DNA of 64,000 bases from Octopus bimaculoides (Eukaryota): NCBI RefSeq assembly GCF_001194135.2, contig NC_068994.1, forward strand, positions 3,939,938-4,003,937. The letters run 5' to 3'. Below are positions 11,736-23,245 of the stretch, piece by piece. Positions within the stretch are counted from its first letter, which is position 1. Each line of letters begins with the position of its first letter. The notes below the pieces were generated by a model. It saw only the letters and a list, made by a program, of their open reading frames with translations. It searched no databases and was not told the origin of the DNA. The position numbers and the translations under genes are program-made.

Positions 11736-12334
11736 CTAAAAATAATAATTCATTAATATGAAATATATGTAAATTTCTGATATAATGATTATAATAGAAT
11801 TTTAATTAAATTAAAATTTTTTTTTTAATGTTATTTTGTATTTTTTTAATCCCTTGTCACCTTTGCCCTCCCCCCTCTCTTTCTCAGTCTCTCCTTTTCT
11901 CTCTCTCCCCCCCACCCCTTGCTTTTTTGTAAAGGTAAACACATCCCAGACTTGATGCTGGAGAATACAATTTTGAAGATACTGAATCAGTTTGGCTGTA
12001 TCCCCTGTCCCCCCATCCCAAACTCCTTTGTGTTAGCCCATCAAACAGTTCAAGGGGCAATGTGAGGAAATTGTTTGTAATAGTAGTAGTAGTAGTAGTA
12101 ATAATAATAGTTGCAATGGTAGAAGAGTTAATAATAGTATTTTGTAGTAGTTGTAGTAGTAGTCGTTGCAGAAATAACACCCACAGAGGCTTGCTTGCTA
12201 TGTAAGATAAGAGATTTCACAATTTGATGAAATAAAATTAGATAAAATGTCTCCGTACAATTTGTTGTCTTAAAAAATGTCTTTTTTATTGAACTTTCTT
12301 ATTTTTCCTTTTTTTTTCTTCTTTTTTTTTTTGT

Positions 12335-12775
12335 GCAGGCATGGCTGTGTGGTAAGAAGCTTGCTTCGCAACCACATGGTTTTGGGTTCAGTCCCACTAC
12401 ATGCCACCTTGATAGTGTCTTCTACAATAGCTGAAGCCTTGTGAGTGGATTTGGTTGATGGAAACTGAAAGAAGCCCTTAGTGCTGTTGTGCTCATGTTG
12501 CTGTAACTTAGTGGTTTGGCATATACCATGGTATACACCTGAATACCATTGTATACATGTGTGTATTTGTGACTCCTTGTCTTGACATCATGTGGTAGTC
12601 ATATGAGCGGTGTTTATTTCCTGTGAAAACACTTGTAAATGTGGAGAAATATTATGTTGCTTTGGAAACAGGTGAGGTTTGGTGACCAGAAGGGCATCCA
12701 GTCATAAAAAATCTGCCTCCATGAATTCTATCTGAGCCATGCAAGCTTGGTAAAGTAGCCATTAAAATGATGATG
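12335..12775 (+). mobile_element. tRNA-derived SINE, family A, near full length
   Basis: A-box-like TGGCTGTGTGGT, B-box-like GGTTCAGTCCC, body shared with other copies, and a (GAT)n tail. Confidence 0.8.
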
Positions 12776-12780
12776 TAGAA

Positions 12781-12818
<38 letters not shown>

Positions 12819-12902
12819 ATAAACAAACAAAAAAAACAGGATAAAAGAAAATGAGGATGTGCCCAAGAAATCTATTAATTTGTTGCTCAGTGAAGGGAGA
12901 GA

Positions 12903-13229
12903 GTTCAGTTCTATATTTAAGGGATGAGGAATTATTTACATTTGACGGATATTTGTCCTCATCTTGTTTGTTGTTGACACAATGTTTCGGCTGATATAAC
13001 CTCCAGCCTTCATCAGGTGTCTTGGGGAAATTTCAAACCTAGGTCCTCATTCCTAAGGCATTTTTTGTTGTTGTTGTTGTTATTCAGGTCACTGCCTGGA
13101 ATTGAATGGCGTAGTGGTTAAGAGCAAAGACTACTAACCCCAAGATTCTAAGTTCGATTCCAGGCAGTGACCTGAATAATAATAATAAAAATAATAATAA
13201 CATCGAAAAATACCTTAGGAATGAGAACG
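12903..13229. mobile_element. tRNA-headed element with a Penelope-like hammerhead-bearing tail; inverted pair of copies
   Basis: Minus copy 12903-13106 starts at the B box and carries the hammerhead motif. Plus copy 13107-13229 has A box TGGCGTAGTGG (13107-13117) and B box AGTTCGATTCC (13151-13161). Homologous to 39815-40113. Confidence 0.75.
12976..13021 (-). ncRNA. minimal type-I hammerhead ribozyme-like motif (probably decayed)
   Basis: Minus strand GACAC-CTGATGA-A-GGCTG-gaggttatat-CAGCC-GAAAC-ATT-GTGTC. Stem I is GACAC/GTGTC, stem II is GGCTG/CAGCC, and both conserved core boxes are present. Confidence 0.6.
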
Positions 13230-13495
13230 GTATTGAATTAGTGCCAAATGTTTTGGTTATACCTATTCTTCCTGTGTGTTTAGAAGCACCACAGCAGCAA
13301 TATCAGAGTGAACCCCTACTTCCAGTAATGCAAGGTGGTCTTAGACATAAATGGCCAATGGTCAGATGCTTACACATGTCTCTGACTTCCACAGAATGAA
13401 CATCTTTGGTGATGTTGTGAAAGATGACATCCATCCATGAGTTGCCATCTGTGATTCAGGTGATGTCTTCAAAAAATTCAAGTAGTTGGTCACAT

Positions 13496-13667
13496 CAGGG
13501 CCATCTTAAGGTATGCACATATTGGGCAGTTACCCAGGGGCTTCCATGGGTGTAGGGGCCCAATATTACTCTTATGTATACTGTAACTCATTGTCAATAA
13601 ATATATGTTATTGGGCCAGTGCATTGATTAAACCCGGGGGCCTATAAATGCTGTTAAGACAACCTTG
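13496..13667. mobile_element. non-autonomous hAT (Tip100-like) MITE
   Basis: Imperfect TIRs CAGGGCCATCTTAA / TTAAGACAACCTTG, flanked by 8-mers GGTCACAT and AGTCACAG (6/8 identical), consistent with an old 8-bp TSD. Confidence 0.6.
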
Positions 13668-13904
13668 AGTCACAGTTGCTGGAATTAGGGAAAAATCCAA
13701 ATTGTGAGGGTTAAATAAGGTTATAAGAGTTTCAGAAGCTCGAAAGTGTCTCCCTGACACATGTCTCCTCAATTTGATGATGTGGCTTGAGAGGCTGACA
13801 AGATGATAATTGGCAGGTGATGTAAGTTGTCCTTTTTGAACAGGGGAATAATACTGGCAATTTTCCACTGTTCTGAGGGTAAGGGTATTAAGGGACAATT
13901 GGCA

Positions 13905-14640
13905 CTCGAACCAGTGGGATGTTAAAAGCACATCCGAGCGTGATCGTTGCCAGGGCCACGGATTGGCTCCCGTGCCGGTGACACGTGAAAAGCACCATTC
14001 GAGCGTGATCGTTGACAGCATCGCCTTACTGGCACTCTGGTGAATGCCTACCTGTACTCTAAATTCATTGCTGAACTCACAGGTAACTGTCACTTTACTA
14101 ACTGCTCCCTTGTACATGCTTGCACAGCGTTCCCAAGTCATCTGTCTACTTCTAGCTTCCTTAGGGGTCACCATGTCACAGAACTTTCACCTCTGTTGGT
14201 AACAGGCCTCTCTCTCAGAATGAAAAGCAGATTGTATGATACTTGTGTAGGAATAGCAATGCAACATGGCTGTGAAACTTGGGCTGTAAATGCAGAGGAC
14301 ATGTGAAGACTTGAAAGAAATGAAACAAGTATGCTTTAATGGACGTGCAATGTTAGTGTGCACGTATGACAAAGTACAGACATGCTTAGAGAAAAATTGG
14401 GTACAAGAGGCATTAGATGTGGAGTGGAGGCAAGAAGACTGTGCTGGTACAGTCATGTGATGCAGGTGGATAAGGACAGCTGTATAAAGATGTGTTAATC
14501 ACTAGACATGGAAGGAACCTGTAGAAGAGGAAGATCTGGGAAGATGTGGAATAAAGTGAAGACTGACCTCAAGATGTGGAGACCCTCAGATCAGATGATG
14601 GGGGACCAAGATGAATGGCATGATGCTGTACTTGAAAAGA
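13905..14640. mobile_element. rearranged RTE-clade LINE remnant
   Basis: 14150-14640(+) translates with stops to LSPLLVT.GLSLR.K.RLYDTCV..AM.HG.ETWAV..ED...RRL.WY.HVM...EGTC.RGR..K.W. 14035-14150(-) gives ASMYKGAVSKVTV..EFSNEFRVQVGIHQ, an RT segment. 13905-14035(+) matches the 3' UTR units at 30090-30380. Confidence 0.75.
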
Positions 14641-17639
14641 CCTGTCCATCTTCAACAGAATGGAGGTTTTGTCAAGCCTTCCTCTACAACTGATTTTCCA
14701 ACAGCCTCTCTTCCATTAATCTTCTGTGCGACCCCAGTTTTCTTAATGTCTCCCTACCCTGAACTGATGCCCTCTGCTTCCAACTCCTTTCCTACCTCTA
14801 ATCGTCTGTCACACATTTTTTTTCTCCCAGTGTTACTTAACTACACATCCACCTGTTCCACAAAAACATCTCTTTCTCTCTCTCACTCTCCAGGTGGGCA
14901 AACAATGTCTTCACCCCTTCAGCAAGGCACTTGCTTCTCTCCCCCTGTCCTAGTTTCTTTTCCCACCATTCTATGCCCCACTCAGTTGAGAGCGGTTTTA
15001 TCTTGCAAGTACTTGGTGTCCTCACTAGTGCTGGTGCACCCTGTACACATGTAAAAAGCACCCAGTACATTCAGTGAATAGGTTGCCGTTAGGAAGGGTA
15101 CCCAGCTGCAGAAAATGGGCAAAACCAGGCATGGAACCTGGCAGAGACTTCTATCTTATCTGTCCTTGTCAAACCATCAAACTGCTGTCAGAAAAAATGA
15201 CATTAAATGATGATGTACATATGTGTATGTATATGTATGCATATGTGTGTGTGTGTATCTAGCTCTTCTGTCTAACCACCTCTGTCCAGCAAGCCGCCGT
15301 GATTGACCGCTAGCCCCTAAAGCATTTTTTATTCTCTCTCTGTTTATTTCCTTGTGTTCCTTTCTGTTGAAGAGCGTAGGTTCAAAACGTAAAAGACTTT
15401 CTCACCTTCCCAAGCATCAAACTAATACACCTGTTGTTTATACACCTGTCTTCATCTTTTTTCTGTAAATTCCAACTATATATATATATGCACACACACA
15501 CACACAAATACATATATGTATATATGCACACACACACATATACATATATATATATATATATGCACACACACAAACACATAGATGTAGGCGTGTATATACT
15601 TGTTTATGCACAACTGTATGTGAAAAACAAGCAGCCATATACTCATACACATCTGTAGCTACTATTTCTAGCAGGTCATGCAACTGCATAGATGTGTCAC
15701 AGGGGCGCCTCTAAGATATTGCTTCACCAGCGAAAAATAGTAGTCACATTACCCTCAAACCACAACTTTAGCTTCTTAAAAAAGAAAAGGAGAAATTAGA
15801 TGAAAAAAAAAAAGTGATGGATATATTGTTTAAAAATGTGACAGGATGGTCACAGCTGGAGAGCTTTGGTTATAGCTTAACTGGAGCTAAAGGACCAGTA
15901 CTTTTATAGCATTGAAAATGGCTGATAAAGATGTAGCCAACATTAGAATATTACTGGACTCGTCCGAACCAGTAGAAACCAGATTGTCTTTTTGCAGAAG
16001 GGAAAATGAGAGAATTAAATAGGGAGTTGCTTATGATGTGCTGTTTGTTATGGCGGTCAGTGAAGACATCTACTATGGGGGAAAGGGGGGAGGGAGGGAG
16101 GAAAGAGAGAGAGAGGAAGAGAGGGATAACTTGAAGGGCTGTACGGAAGGAAGGGACGGGTGGCTTGCCAGGGATACAGAAGGGCAGAGGAAGACAGAAC
16201 ATTTATGTGTGTGTAAATAGGCATAAATACACACACATATATATATATTCATATATGTAGATACATGTGTGTGTGTGTGTTTCTGTACGTATGAATAGAT
16301 ATATGCATGTGTATAAATACACACACACACACATATATAGAGATAGATAGATAGATGTATATTAATGGTGCGTGATCCGTGGTGAGAATATACAAATATG
16401 TATATTATATATATCTTTTGTTTCACCTATTTACTTGTTTCAGTCTTTGGACTGTGGCCATGCTGGGGCACCGCCTTAGAGAATTTTAGTCGAATAAATC
16501 GACCCTAGTACATATTTTTTTAAAGACTGGTACTTGTTCTATCGATCGTTTTTTGTTGAACCGCTATAGGAGACGGGGACGTAAACAAAACGACACCGGT
16601 TGTCACACACATCATAATCATCATTTAACGTCCATGTTCCATGCTGGCATGGGTAGGACGCTTTGACAAGAACTGAATTATGCCCCAGTATCTGCTTTGG
16701 CACGGTAGACATAATTATAGACACTGTTATATACATATATATAGAAATGTGTTTATGTAAGTATATATATATATATTACATATAGATATGTGTGTGTATT
16801 ACATATAATATTATCTATCCATCAGTTTATACATATATCAGCGCATATTTCTATAGGCGTATGGTGTATAACGATCAGTTAATTTGTGCATTTATTTTCA
16901 AAATTCCGTTCCCACATTTTTCTAACGACTTCTAAATCCTCCTCCTCTTCCTCCCTCCTCCTACGACTCTAAAGCAGGGCAGGAGTAACGGTACTGTCAT
17001 AGAGAGAGGGGGAAACTGACAGAGTGTCAGATCAGAGTATAAGGAGATGGAGGGAAGGGGAGGAAGAGTGGAAGAGTGAGTCTGGAGAACACTTCTTTGT
17101 CTCTCCTAAGCCTTTCACTCGAGACAATGAAAAGCGGTGAATAGTTCCTTGCAAAAAGAAATCCGTCCCATTTAAAGTTAATGTTGAGATTAATGCAAGG
17201 AATTGATATTTCTGAATAAAGTAAAGATTAAATAATATAAGTTAGCTTTTTATATTGTTTTACTGTATTTCATGCTATATCCACTTTGCACGGCGGTTTG
17301 GCTAAATCTTTGGCTTAAAATATCCAAATTTGATAAATAATACTGATAGACTATTAACTAGGTCACTCTGATTCGGACATATTGAAGAATGTTCCTCCGT
17401 AAAAAAACTTCTGGGTTGGTATTTGTCATGTTTTTGCGCTTAGCATATTTTATCCTGTCTCGTTGGAGTTAATATAAGACGATGCCTTTAGTTAATTGCT
17501 TTATAATTATTGTCAGCAATCGTAAGAAATAAAGTGGTGGGGAAAACAATAAAATAGATGTTAACCTAAATAATCCGGATTTAACTAGCTCGACAGTTGT
17601 TACCGAGTTATTTCCCTTTTGGCTTATTTCGTCGTTGAT

Positions 17640-17889
17640 GCACTCCTCCTCCCGCTATATCCACCTTGGGTCTCTTTTTTTTCCTAAAAGGTACCTGCTA
17701 TGACAACCACATCTACAACAACAACGGCAAGCTGAATATTAGGGTATCATTTTGACATGTGAACCACCCGAATGAATTCCGACCGTTCGTTGTTTGGCTC
17801 TGCTGGAACCAACGGAGCTGCCTGATGCCGTGGAGGGGTTCCCTCCCCCCCTCTCATTACACTCGATTCGAAGGACCAGTCTTATAAGA
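17640..17889 (+). promoter_or_regulatory. candidate first non-coding exon / promoter-proximal region of ZF-B
   Basis: CpG-retaining unique sequence ending at a consensus donor AGA|GTAAGT (17890-17895), followed by a CT-rich tract. The 5' boundary is a guess. Confidence 0.35.
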
Positions 17890-18684
17890 GTAAGTGATAC
17901 ATTCACAATCGCTTTATTTATTTCAGCTTTCCTCCCATCTCATTTATCTATGCATTTACTTACAAATTTTCCCTTCTTCCCTCTAAAATCCTCTTCTCCG
18001 CTCATTTCATTCCATCAATCTATCTTAAAACGATTTATTTCCAACTCAACACTTCTCCCCCTCCCCCTTTCTTTATTCTTTTAGTACATTTTTCCCTCCT
18101 TCTATTCTTATACTCTTTCTTCCTCTCTCATCTTCTATTCTCTCTGTATTCACACGTCTCTCTATTCTATTTCATTCCCTCTATATCTATCTATCCATCT
18201 CTCTGTCTCTCCATTCTCACTGTCTTCTATATATCTATCTATCTATCTATATATTATATCTGTCTCTGCCACTATATATTCTCCCCTATTCTTTCTCCTT
18301 TTTACATCTCCCTCTTTTCTGCTCCCCCCTCACCCTCTTTATCTTTATATATTTTTTTTATGGCGTCAAGGCGAGGTGTCCTCCAGCGACAATCTTCTTT
18401 ACCGCCATAAATTCTACATTTTAAACAGAAAGCCACGAAATCCTACATAAAAATAGCAATGCATAAAACTTATCCTCTATTATATGACTATACATATATT
18501 TCACAGATTCATAAATAAATGCTAATTTATAATATATATACATATATACACACACACACATACACGTGCGTGTGTGTGTATACATATGGGGTATATGTAT
18601 ATGCATGCGGTGTGTTAATATGTATGATTATGCAAATATGTTGTGTATATATATACATATGTGATCTACATACACTCATATATG

Positions 18685-18725
<41 letters not shown>

Positions 18726-20562
18726 ATGTGTGTGTGTACATACAATATGTGGTGCACGTTACACGTACCTCTAATAGATTTCGATGGAGCAAGTACTTTT
18801 ATTTATATAGGTCATATGACATGGTTATTATTATTATTATTTTTATATTCTCAGAGCGAAGAACTGAAAGCGCTTTATTTAGCAATTCTATGTTAAAAAT
18901 AAACGTTGATGTGGAATCCCCGTCACAACATCGCTCACCCTGGCTGGTTCTAAGTAAATATTAGTCATCACACACACACACACACCCACACACACTATGG
19001 TATATTGGTTGTACTTTAACATAAATATGTTTACCATCAGTAACAACATGATGCAGGGTTTTGGTTTAAAAAAAGAAAAAACATACATTTGTGGCTGTCA
19101 ACTTTTTCCGTGAGACAGACTCCTATACACTCTCAGCATGATTATAAATATCTATATCTTATCTTATCAGAAGCAACATTTGTGTGTGTGTGGCGCGTGT
19201 GTGTATATATATATATATATATATAGAGGCTTTGATTTGTTAATTTCAATACATTCCGATATATTTTTATTTCCCTGTGATATTGTTTTTAGCTCCAGGC
19301 AGACTCTGGGTTTTTTTTTCAATCAGTTAGCCCCATGATGATCAAACGCATTCCAGCTGCCGACTACATTAACCTTAATGTGTGCGCTGACCCCACCTTT
19401 TTTTTTCTATCCCCCAAGACAGTAGGGTATAAATTTGAAGATTTGGCCACGATTAATAGCTGTTCTTAATTTTCTCTGCTCGTTAAAAGCTCGTTCAATA
19501 AATAAATAAATTGCAGTCCCACCAACTTATTGCTTTGAATTTAGTTCGTTCTTTTCATGTTTGAGAGTTAATGTATACTAATTAACATATAATAAGGGGT
19601 TGGTATTATATTCATATCAGTCTCGTTCAAAAGGTAAGAAATAAATAGATATGTAAGAGGTAATCAAAGCTGGATTCGATCTCATAAACGTAGTGTTACG
19701 ATTGAGTAGTTGAGAGAAAGTCGCTCTTTTAGATTCTTCAGTGTGATGTTTGTTAAAATGGCTTCTACCTGTGAAGGAAATTTAGGGTCTGAGTGTTTGA
19801 CCCTTACGAAGGTCAAATACATGAATAGGGTCCATAAACGACTGAGAAAGATTGAATTCAGGGCCAAATCTCTTAACTCTTCCCAACTGGTTATCTGATT
19901 TCTGGCATGTTTTTGTTGTTTAGTCCCAGGTTAGTCTTTGCTTAACAGACTGATGGTCACAAAGATCTTCGAACTGTGACCATCCTATTTTTTTAAATTC
20001 TGGATTTATATTATTGTGTCCTATTATAAGACGAGTAAGTTTTGTTTGAGGGAGGTTTGGTTGCTATTTCTAGCAGGTCGAGCTCTCATTAGGTCGGGTG
20101 TAACGTACTGTAGTATTGGGACCATTTGGATTCTTGTGAACTGTGTTACACGGTGCAGCAAATATTGCAGGGTCCCAACTCTGTTAACAGACCTTCCTCG
20201 CTCCAGTGATCATCAATATCGAGACCTCTCCACACCCTCCCATTGGAAAGATAACCTGCCTCAACAGCAAATTATTCCAAACTACACCAACTTGAAGGAA
20301 ATGGCTAGATTTGGTGACCCCTTCGATTATATACTGAAAAAAAAAACCGTGTTAACACCTGTGTATATCAGTTTTATCACATTGAGTATCAGTGGAGTCT
20401 TCACACTAAACCTGTCAGTTACTCTCCACTTGGGAAGGAGGGAACAGCTACACTTCCAATTCTATTTCACCCTTGTTTAGTACAACTGATCTTATTCAGT
20501 GTTGTTTCATCTTATGGGTTTCTAGCAAAGAGGGTCTTGTATTAAAGTTAGGTTTCTTTAAG

Positions 20563-20770
20563 GCAGTGAGCTGGCGGAACCGTCAGCACGCCAGGCGAAA
20601 TGCTTGGCGGTATTTCATCTGTCTTTACATTCTGAGTTCAAATTCCACCAAGGTCGACTTTGCCTTTCATCCTTTCAGAGTTGATAAATTAAGTACCAGT
20701 TGTGTACTGGAGTCGATCTAATCCACTGGTCCCCTCCCCCAAAATTTCGGGCCTTGTGCCAAGAGTAGAA
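20563..20770 (+). mobile_element. tRNA-derived SINE family B, young full-length copy
   Basis: Complete head-to-tail match to the family with CpGs largely retained. Other copies lie near 26790-27000(+), 28190-28395(+), 31960-32130(-), 32900-33120(-), 33130-33345(-), 40950-41172(-), 44820-45015(+), 45640-45760(-), 55580-55730(+) and 59580-59700(+). Confidence 0.85.
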
Positions 20771-21034
20771 AAAAAAGCTAGGTTTCTTTATATGTAGTGG
20801 TTTGACAGATACAAATTTACATGCTTGCAATAACTGCTGTAGTCAGGTAGTTTGGTCTCAGATGGTTTAGTGTCAGAGAGCTAGGGTTGTTCTCAAAAGG
20901 GTTGATGTTACAAAAGTAGGAGTGGTCTCAGGTGGCTTGGCATAATTATTATTCTTTTGTTTTTTCTCTATTAAATGGAATAAATATGAAATCAAAACCA
21001 ATTTTCTTCTTTTTTTTTTTCTCTCACCCCCCAG

Positions 21035-21097
21035 GTCTTGGCTGTTGTCGACATCTGACCCCCAACTTCCATCGAAGCAGAAAAATAAAGCAGCTGA
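21035..21097 (+). other. candidate internal 5' UTR exon of ZF-B
   Basis: Very strong acceptor (long T/C tract then CCCCCCAG ending 21034) and a weaker donor TGA|GTATCT at 21098. No ATG inside. Confidence 0.35.
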
Positions 21098-21613
21098 GTA
21101 TCTAAACTCATTCGGAACTTTTCAAAGATTTTAAACCCTTTTTTTTAGATGTGTTTTTCTGTGTTTCAAAAATATTGCTGTGCCTCCATATTTATATATA
21201 TCTAACCAGAAGCTGCCAGACGCACAGACAGACAGCCAAAGTTTCTGAAGACATACATTACTTTTATTGGGATAATTCTCGGATTTTTATTTTCCTCTTG
21301 TGCTTGACATTCTGTTGTCCAAATTCCAATATGAACCGACAGAAATCTAAGATTCCACCATTTGTGGTTGTGGGTGGCCTCAGAACTTAATCCGTACAAA
21401 AATATAAAGATGTCCTGTATTGTGTGAAGCGAGGACGCAAACATAAGAATGGTTTCATTTGTGTTGTGTTAAAAGTGAAATCTTGGGACACGACCCCGAC
21501 CGAACATTGTTTACCAATGAGAAGATAACAGCAAATTTGAATTTTCTTTTTCTTCTGTTCGTTTTCTATTTTCTCCAAATTTTAGATTTAGAAGGAATTC
21601 AGCCAACACCGAA

Positions 21614-23197
21614 ATGTATTCGGCCCAGTCCAATGATAACTGCTTTGAGAATTGTGGAGGTGGAGGCCATAATCACTCTCAGTCTTTTTCACCACCAAAT
21701 GGCCATCACCACCACCATCATCACCACCACCATCACCATCACAACAACAACAACAATGGCTCGTTCATGTTTAAACCAAAAGGTAACGAAGCCCGAGACA
21801 AGCCGTTCAAATGTGATATCTGTCGTAAAGGTTTCACACTGAAAGCCTACCTGCAACGGCACCAGATGGCGCCAGAAGCTGGCAAACATTTCAACTGTAA
21901 CTTCTGCAGCAAAGTGTTTCCACAGCGAGACAGGTTAGAGAAACACGAGAGGACGCACACAGGTGAGAAGCCCTTTACCTGTGACATTTGCTCCAAGTCA
22001 TTCTCACAGAAGTCTCACCTGAACACACACAAAATGGTTCACCAGGGAATTAAACCAGCCAACCGTGTGAAACACAAGACCCTTCACAACCATTCTAGCA
22101 ACATGGCAATGATGGTTCCTCGAAAGCAGTTTCATAACCACGCCCACAATCATGGTCACACCCATACACACAACCACAGTCATAATCATGGCCACACCCA
22201 CTCTCACAACCATGGCCACACCCACAACCACGCCCACAACCATGGCCACAACCACAATCACAACCACAGTCACGGCCATTTTCACGGAAGCAATGTGTCG
22301 TTCCAGAATAGCGGACACTTTAACTCCAAAGCATTCCCGATTAACAGAGGAAATGAAGCTCGAGACAAGCCCTTTAAATGTGATGTATGTCGCAAGGGTT
22401 TTACTTTGAAGGCCTACCTACTCAGGCACCAACTTGCCCCTGAAACTGGCAAACACTTCCCTTGTCCGTTTTGCAGCAAAGTCTTCCCACAGAGGGACCG
22501 TCTTGAAAACCACCAAAGAACACACACCGGAGAGAAACCGTTCACGTGTAACCTTTGTGGGAAAAGTTTTGCGCAAAAGTCCCACCTGAATACACACAAG
22601 CACACACACAGTGGCGAGAAACCACACCAGTGTCCCATTTGTAATAAGTCTTTTGCCCAGAAGGACCACTTAAACAAGCACAGACGAACTCACACTGGCG
22701 AGAAACCTTTCCAGTGTACAATTTGTCTGAAAACCTTCTCCCAGAAGACCCACCTGAAGCAGCACAGTCGCATTCATGTCGGGGAAGAATTCTCTCAGTC
22801 CATGGGCCACAACCATCATCATCATCATGTCCATAATCATACCCAGCACCAAAACCATCACACCAACAGCAGCCCTTCGGAGTCTCAAATGACTGCTGAT
22901 AGTGGCCATGGAAACAAGCAGCAAACATCAGCCCTTGTGTCCAGTGGTGGTGGTGGTGGGACTACGACCCACCACCAGATGGCAGCCAGCTCTAGTTCGG
23001 CATCGACCTCGTCTGGGACAGCATCAACCCATCATTCATCGTCAATGAGGAAACAGCAACCACAGCACTCGGCTACGTCACCGTCTCCCACTGTCGTCAC
23101 ATCGGGGACCCTAGCTTCCAATTCTTGCTCTCATCAGATGACGCAGTCTTCATCATCACAGCATGCCGCTCCGCCACCGCCACCTCCAAGGAAGCAA

Positions 23198-23245
<48 letters not shown>

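Noticed and set aside
13107-13175. tRNA-like sequences (also 42680, 49550 and 35890)
   Set aside because: No complete cloverleaf; these are SINE heads or derived cassettes, not tRNA genes.
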